Assembly: GCF_006345805.1 (NCBI RefSeq)
Contig: NC_042998.1
Location: 154,628,001-154,692,000 of the forward strand
DNA from: Octopus sinensis
Lineage: Eukaryota
Length of the DNA: 64,000 bases
Reading direction: 5' to 3'
The translations under genes were made by a program, and so were the position numbers. The notes beneath the pieces were generated by a model. That model had not been told where the DNA came from and searched no databases. It saw only the letters and a program-made list of their open reading frames with translations. Every line of letters starts with the position of its first letter. Within the stretch, counting starts at the first letter, position 1. Positions 33,958-46,480 of this stretch are shown here, piece after piece.

Positions 33958-33993
33958 CAGTACCGGTTTCAGTCATTGAGACTTTTTCAACTA
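33958..33993 (-). ncRNA. Minimal hammerhead motif with variant U3-A8 core (second copy)
   Basis: tag-TTGAAAA-agtc(tcaat)gact-GAAA-ccgg-TA-ctg, inside a ~200-bp repeat (33907-34110) homologous to 28535-28725. Confidence 0.62.
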
Positions 33994-34665
33994 TAAGTAT
34001 GGAAAACAATTAAATTTTGGAAAAATTAAAAGAAAAGTTTTTTAAAAGACTATTTGCATAGTATTCAAATACAAGTGGCATTTTTCTTGTTTTTGCCTGT
34101 CTCTGTCTCTCTTGTTTACTCTTGTGGGTTTGAGGTCATTGTGAATTCTTGGCAGGGAAGAAAAAAAAGAAGGAGATGGAGAAGAAGAATGCAGGAGTGC
34201 CATGATAGTAGTAGGATGTTAAATGGTCAAGTGACTTGTTGTGGATGGTTGTAGTGATTGAATTCGTGAGACATCTCTTTTGAATGTATTGTTTATAATA
34301 TTTGTGTAGGTGTTATTCTAAACAACAATAGTGGTAAAGTTAGAAAGGAATGTAGGTGGTATGATAGTATTAGGATGTTAAATGGTCAAGTGACCTAAAA
34401 ATGGCTCTTTATGGATTACAGCAGTGATTGAGACATTTTTAATGAATTCTTGAGTGTATCATTTGTAATATTTGCATGTGTGTTTGTGTTATTCTAAGGC
34501 TGTGGTGGATATGTTGTTTGTTGCAGATGTGTTCAAAAGGGGTCTGTATTTTGTAATAAAGAGAGTCTCTTTACTAATTCGTTGGATACAGGTTGTATCA
34601 TCCTTGAATTGGTAGAAGGGTAAAATTCTGAAGCTTGGATCTTGGATTTTTGGTATGGGCACAAA

Positions 34666-34694
34666 TGTACGTACGTACGTACGTACGTACGTGT

Positions 34695-34747
<53 letters not shown>

Positions 34748-34812
34748 ATGTATGTACGTACGTACGTATGTACGTACATACATACACGTCCGTCCGTACG
34801 GACGCATGCATG
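34666..34812. repeat. Compound microsatellite (GTAC)n-(GT)n-(GTAT)n-(GTAC)n
   Basis: Directly visible. Confidence 0.95.
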
Positions 34813-34829
34813 CACGAATGACAGAGTGT

Positions 34830-35520
34830 AAGAAATGTTGGACATAAGAGGCATCAAATATGGTGTGCGAGAGAGACAACTGCACTGGTATGGTCATGCG
34901 ATGCATAAGGACAAGGACAGTTGTGTAAAGAAGTGCTGATCACTAACTGTGGAAGGAACCTGTGGTAGAGGTAGACAAGGAAGACATGAAATGAGGTGGT
35001 GAAGAATGATCTTCAAACTTTGGGCCTCATGGAGGCAATGACTAGTGACTGAGACCATTGGCAATATGCTGTGCCTGACAAAACCCGTCAAGCCAAGTGA
35101 AATCATAGTCATGGCCAATGCTGGTGTCATGTAAGAAGCACCTTTTGAGTGTTGGGCCTCATGGAGGCAAGGTGGCCAATGCTTGTAGCACATGAAAAGC
35201 ACCTTTCGAGTGTTAGGCCTCATGGAGGTAATGACAAATGACTGAGACCTTTAGCATTATGCCGTGCTTTAGAAGAAGACCCATCAAGCCAAGTAAAATT
35301 GCAGTTGTGACAGACACTGGTGTCATGCAAATGGCACCCATGCAAGTGGCATGTAAAAGCACCCATTACATTTCCAGAGTGGTTGGCATTAGGAAGGGCA
35401 TCTAACTGCAGAAACCATGCCAAATTAAACTGGAGTCTGGTGCAGCCTTCCAGCTTGCCAGCCCTGGTCAAATCATCCAAATCATGCCAGCATTGACAAC
35501 AGATGTTAAATAATGTTGAT
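34830..35520 (+). mobile_element. RTE-clade LINE 3' portion
   Basis: LHWYGHAMHKDKDSCVKKC*SLTVEGTCGRGRQ... followed by the RTE 3' UTR (ggttggcattaggaagggcatc, ccatgccaaattaaactggagtctggtgcagcc). Confidence 0.8.
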
Positions 35521-36012
35521 GATGTGGGTGCTAGTATCACATAAGAGTGTCTATGCCAGTGCCATGTAAGAGTATCTGTGCTGGTGCTTCACAAAAATGT
35601 TTGTGTTGGAGTCACATTAAAAGCACCAAGTGCACTCTGTAAAGTGGTTTGCATTAGGAAGGGCATTCAGCCATAGAAACCATGCCAAAACAGACGAATG
35701 GAGCCTGGGCAGCTCTCCAGCTGGCCAGCTCTTGTCAGTGACCCATTCAGACAAAGTTTTTTGTCAGTGAACAGGTCACAGTTTTAAGTGGTGAAAATTT
35801 TGATACCATATTACAAGTAACTGTTCAAGTGAAGTTCACAGTCTTTTGTGTGTTTCTGAATGGTTAACTTATGCCTTCTATGCTGCAATCCCTCTTTTCT
35901 ATATTCTTCAATTTTACTACCTGACTATTTTGACTAAAAACAGGAGAATTATGTGTTTTGCCAAAGGGTACTTGATGGCTACTGACACTTTATTTTATTT
36001 TCTTTTTCGTAG

Positions 36013-36140
36013 GCCAGATGACAACTCCCATGCTTCATTATGTTGTTCGTTGTCAAAACACTCAAATGAGATATGGTAAACCAACAGAGAATGGTTATTA
36101 TGAGAAACTATCCACTGCCTTTCTTAAGCTAAGAGGATCA
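36013..36140 (+). CDS. PGM3: Phosphoacetylglucosamine mutase, internal exon
   Basis: tag acceptor and gtaagt donor; 128 nt, phase 1 to 0. (G)QMTTPMLHYVVRCQNTQMRYGKPTENGYYEKLSTAF matches PGM3 'G..TTPQLHY.V...N...YG..T..GYY.KLS.AF'. Confidence 0.95.
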
Positions 36141-36971
36141 GTAAGTATGAATCTTTATGTGTTTGACTGTTATCATTGGCTTGAACATTGTTATATTTGA
36201 ATTGAAAGACGTTTTGAGAAACCTGTAAAGGTTCCTTTCTTTAATAATTCAAGGGTTGATACATTGAAATAGTTTTCTTCTTGACATAAATCATCTAAAA
36301 AACTAAGGCAGGAAATGAATTATCGTCACCAAAAAGTGATATGAATTTTTTACCATCAATTTACTGTCATTTTGACAATTTGTTAACAATGTTCTCTCTA
36401 ATTTTTAGTAGTGTGAGTGTACAAAACTCTTACATTGTACAATTTGTTTTTCTGTGACAAAAGTATATGTGCACTAAATGTATAATATATAAAATTATTA
36501 TTACTATATCATTTTAGGCAATAAGCCTTGTGTGTGCAATTTAATTTATTTAGTCCGCTAGTGACAAAACTTGTGAGAGGGACAGTGCTTGGCATTCTGT
36601 TTCGAATTTGACTTACATTAGATATGTCAGCATATCAACATTCTTCAAAATTAACTCAATAATTTCTGATCTTTTGAAGATATTTTTTACTTAACTAATA
36701 ATTACGTATGCAGTGCAAATTCAGAAGACCAACTATCAAGTGTAAAAAGAATTTACTGCTGATTATAAATTAATTTCCTGCAGATTTAGTGGTTGTGAAG
36801 TGAATTAGCTGATTAGAACTGAAAACTAAAAGGAGCCCAAAACTAAAGTCAGATTTCATTAACATTTCAGAAAAAGACCTTTTCAAACATAATAGTATAG
36901 TCTTGACTATTTTCCTGTGATAAAATCTGATAGCAAAGACTACATTTTTGTTTTTGTTTTGCTTTAAACAG

Positions 36972-37127
36972 GGTCGCTCTTGTCCTGGACTGTATAAGCC
37001 TAAATTGGTGCTAGATGCTGCAAATGGTGTTGGTGCTGCTAAAGTAGAATTATTAAAGCGTCATTTAAATGATGCTTTGGACATAGAGCTGAGAAATGAT
37101 GGCAGTGATGGCATATTAAATTATCAA
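36972..37127 (+). CDS. PGM3: Phosphoacetylglucosamine mutase, internal exon
   Basis: cag/gtaag; 156 nt, phase 0 to 0. KLVLDAANGVGAAK...LRNDGSDGILNYQ. Confidence 0.95.
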
Positions 37128-38597
37128 GTAAGCTTTGTATCACTTCTTTTTATTTTTCATTTTACAAATGTAGATTAATATAGACAGTAAATAAATCTGA
37201 ACTTAGAATTAAACCTTTCTCATTAAGGATTATTTATTTTCCACATTTAAAAGCTTTCTAAAGGTTAACTATTGCACAGACTTGGATTTTAAGTCTATAT
37301 TTAACTATGAATATGTTACATGTACCTTATGTACCATTGTACCTTCATTACTGTCAAAATATTTGTCAAAATATATATTCCTAGAGGCACTCTACATGGA
37401 TTTTAAAAAAATGATGGGATGGTCATGGCTGGAATACTTTTGATTGTAGGTCTGCTTAATCAGGTCTAAACAACATTTTTTTTTCAAGTAGTCTACACTC
37501 TACATCTTGCAACAGACTCTCTCTCTCTCTTTCTATTTTATTTCAGCTTCTTATCTCTTTGCGATATTTTATTTTCATTTTTGACAAGTGCCTCTTGCTT
37601 ACACAAGATGAGCAGGTTTTTAAGGAATATTGAAAGTAATCTTTCCTGACAACTTTTCTAAGCTAATGGTGCATAATATACCAATCTAACTTTGTTTTTG
37701 TGGTTTCTCTGTGTTTCAACTGGACAAATATTCATTTAGCAAATGTATTTTATGGTTATAAAATATATTTGCTAAATGAGTAATTGTCCGATTTGATGCA
37801 GAGACAGTGGTGATAATAATGATTACTGTATTCCATTTCATTCTCTTGTGTCATTAAAAAAATGAATAAAGTAATATTTTACTATTCTAATTCCATATTT
37901 GGGAGCCATTCCACTTACACCTTACCAATAAAGAAATTATTCGGCATGTGAATAATTTCATTGTGAAACAATTACTGTGCCAAATTATTTCACATCTTCA
38001 TTCATACAAAAAAAAAAAAAAAAAAAAAAAAAACTGGTGTAGAAATGCCTCTGGCAGGAAATGAATTATAGTCACCAAAAAGTGATATGTATTTTTTACC
38101 ATCAATTATGTATTTTACAAAAGTTTGTGTGTGTCTTGTGAGCAAAATTTGATTTCTGACAACGCCCCACCAGCCATTGGAAATCCTTTTCTTGTCAGTT
38201 AAAATCCTTCAGGGGTGTTGCTATCAACATTGGTACAATGAAAAATAGTTCTGGGAATATTGTAGATGTGAGGAGATGTGTGTTGTGTACCAAATATAAG
38301 ATGTAGGGGCTCAGTCAGATTTCACACAATCAAAGAAAAAAACATTCTTCTGAGTGGTGAATAATGATGGCATGGATGGAAAATGTATATTGTTGATAGA
38401 AAAATGAATGAAGTAACTGGGGGCATCAGTGTGTAATGATAAGTAAAGTCAAAGGTAATTTTATCCCTGTTTAGGCACAATAATTGAGACTGACAGATGA
38501 GCAAAAGGACTGTTTTTATAAAAAACTAATTGCTCTGGATTGACCAATACCTTGTGAGTAAAATTTGGTAGATGGAAACTGTAGGAATTCCTTGTGT

Positions 38598-39881
38598 GTA
38601 TGTGTGTGTATTGACATAGCAATGAACAAAACTAGTGTGATGAACAAGAATACCCTGTGACATTTAGTTGCCTTTCACTTCTTAACAAGCTCAATAAAAT
38701 ACACGAAGTACTGAAGTTGACATAATCATCTAAAACTCTTGAAAGTGGTATTCCAGCTTGGCTATTGTCCAGGCACTGAAGTCAGTAAAATAAGACAAAT
38801 TAGTAATGACAGTGTCATCATCATCATCATTTAACGTCCACTTTCTATGCTGGCATGGATTGGATGGTTTGACAGGAGCCAGGTAGATGACTAAACCAGG
38901 CTACTGTGTCTGTTTTAGCATGGGTTTTATGGTTGGATGCCTTTCCTAACATCAACCACCCTGCAAAGTGAACTAGGTGCTTTTTATCTGGTACCAGCCC
39001 AGGTGAATTCAGTTTTGGCATGAGTTTTACAGATGGATGCCAACCAGTTCACAGTGTGAACTGGATGCTTTTTACATGGCACCAGCACTGGCAGTCACCA
39101 AGTAACTTGTAAGACAAAGAATTTTGAGAGAGCAAGAGCTTTGGAGGAGGTGATCTTGTGTCAGATGATGAAATATTAGAGTGTAGCAGATGATAGATGG
39201 TTTTATGTTTCATTTAAAATTAATTTTAACGTCAGCTTGTTGTAACCTAAGAAATTAATAAAACATGCTGATTTTATGAGTTATACTGAACAACTTAGTG
39301 TTACAAATTTAACCAAATCACTAATAATATAACATATGCACCAGAGAAGTTCTATTTCTTCTACCAACTTGAGATTCTTCTTCTTTTCTCACACATATGA
39401 TAAGCTTATAGAGAATCCAAGATAGAATGAAAGTTGTCAATAATTGCATATCAGCTAAGTTTACCTTAATTTAACTACTTTTCATTTAATATTTTGATAT
39501 TTTTATTACTAGTTTCATACATTTATAAACCCTGTTTTGATCTATCTAATGAAACTCATTATTTAAACTATTTTTCCGTTAACAGTGTGGTGCTGATTAT
39601 GTCAAGACTCAGCAGAAATTTCCTATAGGTATATATTATTTTAAAAAATTATTTTATGTTTTATTAGGTTGAGTCAATATAGTATTCATTGATTGCTCTG
39701 ACTGTCAATCATGTATGTGTGTGTATTGACATAGCAATGAACAAAACTAGTGTGGTGAACAAGAATACCCTGTGACATTTAGTTGCCTTTCACTTCTTAA
39801 CAAGCTCAATAAAATACACGAAGTACTGAAGTTGACATAATCATCTAAAACTCTTGAAAGTGGTATTCCAGCTTGGCTATT
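38598..39881. repeat. 169-bp direct repeat pair (38598-38766 and 39713-39881)
   Basis: Identical apart from one visible mismatch; flanks the 43-nt PGM3 exon. Confidence 0.9.
39586..39628 (+). CDS. PGM3: Phosphoacetylglucosamine mutase, 43-nt internal exon
   Basis: aacag/gtat; phase 0 to 1. CGADYVKTQQKFPI (PGM3 CGADFVK motif). Confidence 0.93.
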
Positions 39882-40838
39882 CAAAGTATGATGTTTGATA
39901 TTCAGGTGATATCCATCAAAGTATGATGTTTGATATTCAGGTGATATAGAGTCTGTGGAAACAAAACAAAAATAAGAGATTTTCAGTTTCTATTTGAAAT
40001 CAGATTTCTTAAAGGCAATGCTTTCTGGAATTAGGAATCATAATGCACTGAGCATCCTTTACTAACATATAGCAAAACAATTTATGAGAGGTTACTGGAA
40101 AATGTGATTTGATATGAGGACCAAATTTTCAAAGTCAATGGTGGTAGTTCATGTTTTAGACATACTTCTTTGAAACATGATTTACAAGTATAAAGTTTAA
40201 TTTTGTTTCAGGATAATAAATCTTCTGACTTTCTGATTATTTGAAGAGCTAAGTATAAGTGACTCATGATTCTGGTTGATGTAATATTTAAAGGTCATTT
40301 GTTGATATGCATTATAGTAAAAACTTGCCTTTCATGCCATCAGGACATATGATTTCAATAATACACTTTTCATACTTATTTCCAATTTCAGGATATTAAG
40401 TTTAAGGGGGCTGTGACCATTTATGCAATTGTTATATTGATAATAATGAATGGAAAATAGCATGAAGTGGATGAAATTAAATACTTACCTTTTTGATTGT
40501 TGTAATTTTATGAACATGAATTTGACTTGATGAGTAATATTGGAATTTGGAAGCTTATATTTTGTGTGTGTGTCTGTGTGTGGGCACATGCCCAACTTAT
40601 GCCAGCTTGCAGCCCATGCCAGCATAAAACATAGACATTGAAAGATGATTGTATATATGTATGTGTATGTCTATGTATATATAAGGGATTTAAAAAATAT
40701 CTTTAAATAGTGATACTTTATCAATATTAAAAATACTTGGTAAATGAAAGCAACTTATATATCATCTTTAGAAAAGAATAACTATGTATTTGTAGCTAAG
40801 GGGTAAAATAAGATGATTATCTGAAATATTCTTTAGGC

Positions 40839-40864
<26 letters not shown>

Positions 40865-40873
<9 letters not shown>

Positions 40874-41078
40874 TCATCATCCTCTCTCTCTTTCAGAGAG
40901 GCACAAGCACCTACACGCACATATACACACACGGCAGTAACTTCCGCCTACCGAATTCAATCACAAAGCTTCGGTCGGCTCGGGGCTATAGCAGAAGACA
41001 CCTACCCAAAGTGCCACGCAGTGGGACCAAACCCGAAACCATGTAGCTAAGAAGCAAGCTCCCTAACCACACAGCCAT
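40865..41078 (-). mobile_element. tRNA-derived SINE
   Basis: Minus strand ggctgtgtggttagggagc...gggtttggtcccactgcgtggcactttggg...(gat)n tail. Confidence 0.78.
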
Positions 41079-41109
41079 CATCATATATATATATGCTTAG
41101 CCATATTGA

Positions 41110-41340
41110 ATCAATGCAAAATAATAATAATCTTTCTACTGTAGGCACAAAGCCTGAAATTTTGTGGGGAGGGGATTAGTCAATTACATCAACTCCCAGT
41201 GTTTCACTGGTACTTAATTTATCACTCTGAAAGGATGAAAGCAAAGTTGACCTTGGCAGAATCTGAACTCAGAACGTAGCAACACCTGAAATACCATTAA
41301 GCATTTCATCCAGCGGGCTAATGATTCTGCCTGCTCGCTG
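41110..41340 (-). mobile_element. tRNA-derived SINE (second family, with conserved central core)
   Basis: Minus strand gcagaatcattagc..gctggatgaaatgc..ggtatt...gttctgagttcagattctgccaaggtcaactttgctttcatcc...ataaattaagtaccagt; (tta)n tail. Confidence 0.72.
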
Positions 41341-41439
41341 AGGAAATAGTCTGGGATAGGTTGAACTTTTGGTTGTTGCTGTTAGAAATAACAACACAGT
41401 ACCTAGGGAAAATGTGACACACCCAAAAGAATTTAAGAT

Positions 41440-41980
41440 ACAAGATGGAGAGCAAAAATTGAACAACTGGGAAGTGAAGGCAAAGCATGGGAAATACCTC
41501 AGAGGCATGGAAGGGAAAAAAACAAGACCAACACTTAGAGGTGACTAAGAAAAAGTAATCTGAAGGGATGCACTGAGGCATTGATTTGCAGCACTCAAGA
41601 ACAAGCTTTAAGAACCAAGTTTCAAATAGATAAGAATATCATATCACCCCCTTGTAGAATTTGTGACACCGAAAGTGAAATAATCTCACATATTGTGAGT
41701 GTAGTAAACTGGCTCAAAAGGAATACAAAAGGAGGCATATTATAGCTAGGTTCTTTGGAGACTGTGAGAAGTACTGAAAGGACATTGAAATGATATGAGC
41801 ATAAGCTAGAATGTGTGACCAAAAATAATGAGTATAAGATCTTGTAGGATTTTACAATCCAGTGTGATTCAGTGATCAGACATTGTATAGTTGATAAAAT
41901 GATGAAGGAAATGAAGATCATAGATATTGCCATACCTGGGGATGTATGAATGGATGATAAAGAACTGGAAAAGTAGAACA
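41440..41980 (+). mobile_element. R4/Dong-type LINE C-terminal remnant (restriction-like endonuclease)
   Basis: KHGKYL...TEALICSTQEQALRT...CRICDTESEIISHIVS..LAQKEYKRRH...KIL*DFTIQCD...IIDIAIPGD: CCHC finger and RLE motifs across frameshifts. Confidence 0.8.
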
Positions 41981-43420
41981 TGAATAGAACATGCTCAGGA
42001 AACTGCTTTAGGGTGAGGATTTTGAGACTGGTACCTGGATGTTAAGTATTGTAGAAGAAGACCCTGTAAGTGCAGACAACAAGTTATTGTCTGCTCTTAC
42101 AGAATTAGCCTGAGCAAATGAAATCAAGAGCTCTGAGAAGTGAAATGTACAACAAAAATAATGATAAAATTATATAAAGTTTAGGAAGATGGAAGAGAAT
42201 ATTTCATCATCCAAATTTTACTATGGTTGATATATTCTCTGTCTGTAATCTTCTTTGTACAAAAGTTTGATGTCATTGAGATGCTTTAGTTCATTGAGTA
42301 TTGAGATGCTTTAGTTCATTGTTGTTCAGTGTTGATATTGTCTACCAAGTAGTTCTTTTAATTGCATGAAAGACTAATACCAACTATCTAGAAGCTGAGC
42401 AGCTTCTTTGGTAACTTATACTCATCAGTTGTAAGTAACCAAATCACTGTAAGACTGCATTTGCCAGTCTAATCAAAACTGAAAAGCCTTTTAGCTCTGT
42501 CAAGAGCTTTCTAGCCAAGGGTGCAAACTGTTCCATATTTACAGCTCAGATTTTTCTTGTACAATGTAGTATACTGTTGAATCATTATATTAACATGATA
42601 ATATTACATCTTGTTAAATATGTCCCAAATTGATATTATGTCAACTTCTTTCAGTGTATTCCTTATGTATTTTTTTCCTTCAATAATCAAAATGAGGATG
42701 GAGAGTTCAGATTAGGGAGGCTGATGTATTTAATGTTTACTTTGGACATTTGTATGTCAGTGACTGCCAGAAAAACTTAGAGAAGCATAAATTCCAGAGT
42801 ACTGCATCACTAGGTACAAATGATTAAAGCAAAGTGTTTAAAGTGGGATTGGTTGTGGATGAGGTGAGGCAGTAAGAACAATGAGAGATGAATGTATTTG
42901 AAGGGTATGCAGCTAACTACTTCAGACAAGTTGATGCCAATACAGTAATAGTAGGAGTATAAAGAAAAAATAGCATATATGTGAGCCAGTACTTGTTGCA
43001 TGTTAATAAGTGAGTTTTTTTTCAATCTGCTAAATACCCTGTTTTGAATGTGCTCTAAAATGTTTGTATATGTAAAAGCAGAACTATCGTATATATGTGA
43101 GTAGCACAATAAAGGTGGGTCTTATTTTGAGATTCATATAGTCAGGACCAGAAAGAAGTACCTTCTGGCCTTGAAAAAGAAGCTTAGTCATTAGGATTCA
43201 GATTTGGTAATGTTACAGAAATGAAGTTCCAAAGAGTTGCAGTTTTGGAGAAAAAAGCATTGGGCAAAGTGTTAGTCCAGGATCTGGCTGATCACAAACA
43301 AGAGAAGTTGGTATGCTGAAATGTCAGAGTATATAGTTATCAAATTGTAATTGCTGTGGAAGAAACAAATAGCTTTGTTTTGATGCATTCTCTGAAATTT
43401 ATTTTCTTTTTCTTCTTTAG

Positions 43421-43501
43421 ATGTATCAGTTGAACCTGACTGCCGCTATGTATCATTTGATGGAGATGCTGATCGAATTGTTTATTACTTTATTGATAAA
43501 A
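43421..43501 (+). CDS. PGM3: Phosphoacetylglucosamine mutase, internal exon with metal-binding loop
   Basis: tttag/gtaag; 81 nt, phase 1 to 1. RYVSFDGDADRIVYY (DGDADR metal-binding motif). Confidence 0.96.
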
Positions 43502-43891
43502 GTAAGATATTCTTTTATTCTTTCACTGGTTTCAGTAAATGAACTCCAGCCATGCTGGGGCTCCAATTTCAAGGGTTTTTTTGGTGATTATATTGATCCT
43601 AGTAATTTGTTTGGTATTTATTTTATTGATTTTGTAAGACGCAGAATGCATATCGGGTATTGGCTTAAATATAAGTAATTAAAAGTTCTGATATGTTGAT
43701 ATAAAAATATATATGATAGACTTCTGCACAGTTTCTGTATGCAAATTTCACTCAATCACAAGGTATTGGCAGAAGAGATTTATCCACAGTACTATACAGC
43801 ATAGTGGGATCCATGCATATCATGTAATTTGCACACCTGTGTAATTTACACAAGCAATTTTCAGGATTAAAAAAATTGTTAAAAAAGCTTA

Positions 43892-43991
43892 NNNNNNNNN
43901 NNNNNNNNNNNNNNNNNNNNNNNNNNNNNNNNNNNNNNNNNNNNNNNNNNNNNNNNNNNNNNNNNNNNNNNNNNNNNNNNNNNNNNNNNNN
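43892..43991. other. Assembly gap (100 N)
   Basis: Run of exactly 100 N, typical of a scaffolding join of unknown size. Confidence 0.99.
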
Positions 43992-45987
43992 TACTGCATA
44001 GTATTTGACTGCTTAGGTATAAAAATCTATGTCTTAAAATCAATGGATGTATGTATGAATATATATGTATGATTTTGCATACTTTCATACATACATAGAT
44101 AGGTAAAAAAATCTAGGTATGAAAAAGTCATGTCGTATAAAATCTAGATATACAATTTAATGTAACGTATAGAAACGTATGCATAAAAATCTATATATGA
44201 AATAATTGTCAAAATCTATATAAAATAATTGTCAAATCTTTATATATCTATATGTATATGAATATCCAGGTACCAAATCTAGAAAATCTACGTAAGTCAA
44301 CGTATGTATGACAATTTCATACATATATTTTCATGCATCCACAAATTTTTTATACATCAAATTTCATAGTTAAATATCATATGTACATACATTCTCATAC
44401 ATTGATCCTTATACATTGTCATAACTAGATTTCATACATTAATTTTTCGTACGTTTTTCATAGATTTTTATAAATATATAGATTTTCATACGTAGCTATA
44501 TAAAATTATATATGTGTAAATATCTAGGTATAAAAATCCATGAAAGTACAAAATCATATCTATGTATAAAAATCTAAGCATGAAATATATTTATGTTTCA
44601 AAACCGATCTATAAAAATCGATATATGTAGGAAAACTATGTATGTAGGAAATCTACATAAGTATAAAAATCTATACACCAATGGAATGTATGTATAAAAA
44701 TTTATCTAGATTTTTAAATCTGAAAATCTATGTAAACCTAGTATTAACTCATTTATGCATGACAACTTTCATACATAAATTTTTCATGCATCCAGAAATT
44801 TTCCTATAGCGAATTTCATATTATGATACATATCTACATACAAGCATGAAAATTCATGTCGTATAAAAATCTAGATATACAATTTAATGTAAATCTATGT
44901 ATAAAAACGTATGCATATGATGTATACATTGTCTTAAAATCATTATGTATATATGAAAAAATCTATGTATGATTATCAAGGCATCAAAATCTAGATATGT
45001 AGAATATCTGTGTGAAAATCTACGTAAGTCAACGTATGTTATGACAATTTCATACATAGATTTTCATGCATCCTAAAATTTTATACATTCAAATTTCATA
45101 TTTAAATACATATATGTACATACATTCCTCATACATTGATCCTTATAACATTTCAAAACCCATCAGCCCTCTATTAGACAAAAAACTCACATTTTTCTTC
45201 AGACATGAGATGGTGGCATTATTCCTATGTACGACAGAAACTGCACTAGTTAAATATATAGATTTTCATGCATAGATAGGTATAAAAATTTATATATGTA
45301 TAAATATATAGGTATGAAAATCCAGAAAGTACAAAATCATCTATATATATATATATGTAGGTATAAAACTATTTATTATGTAGGTAAAACTGTATATGTG
45401 GGAAAATCTGTGTGAAAATCTACGTAAGTCAACGTATGTACGACAATTTTCATACATAGATTTCATGCATCTAGAAATTTTCATACATCGAATTTCATAT
45501 TATGATAAATTCGACATACAACCATTTTGATGACTAGATCTTTATACATGCATACATTCCATACATTGTCATATATTTGCATTCTTTCATACATAGGTAT
45601 CAAAATCTATGTATGAAAATCTCGGTATGAAATTCATGTCGTATAAAAATCTAGATATACAATTAATGTAAATCTATGTATAAAAACGTATGCATAAAAT
45701 GTATACATTGTCTTAAAATCTTGTCTATGTATATATGAAAAATCTATGTATGAATGTCAAGGCATCAAAATCTAGATACGTAAGAAAATCTGTGTGAAAA
45801 TCTACGTAAGTCAACGTATGTATGACAATTTCATACATATTTTCAATGCATCCATAAATTTTTATACATCAAATTTCATATTTAAATACATATAGTACAT
45901 ACATTCTCATACATTGATCCTTATACATTTTTCATAATTAGATTTCATACATTAATTTTCATACGTTTTCAGATCTTTTATATATAT

Positions 45988-46480
45988 TGTTACCGAACGG
46001 ACGGAATCACCCGTCGTCGTCTGTCCCGAACTGCTCACACATGTGTCCGCCACGGAACCCAAAGAGGCGGAGAGAGGAGATACAGATAGATACTGCCACA
46101 ACCTCAACAGAACGAGATACAGAGGCACATACCGAGATACAACCCAAAGAGGCAGGCACAACTGGCAACACTGGCTTATATTCAACCAATAGTTAATACA
46201 ACAATTACAATTGTTACAACATCAAGATACATCAAAGCATGTACGTGACTACTCAATACATAATACAACAGCATTTCAAGAGTACAACAGTTCTTTAAAG
46301 TCTCTTCCTAAACATCACAATCAAAAGTCCTTCTCCTCCTTCACAATGTCCTTTATCGACCACATCGACAGAGTCCTTGACTGTTCTTTTCAATGTCAAT
46401 ACAACCGTGACACATATCAATGCACACAACACATACCTCAATTCTGCCAGTGTCCCATTCCCTCAATACTGCTAATGCCT
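45988..46480 (-). mobile_element. Putative solo or partial LTR inserted in the satellite
   Basis: Sharp compositional boundaries; ends ...CGGTAACA on the minus strand at 45988; TATAAG box ~46175. No TSD or matching TG end found. Confidence 0.45.

Noticed and set aside
35846-36079. In-frame MAP3K-PGM3 fusion protein
   Set aside because: Phase-2 donor to phase-1 acceptor shifts the frame and stops after ~22 codons.
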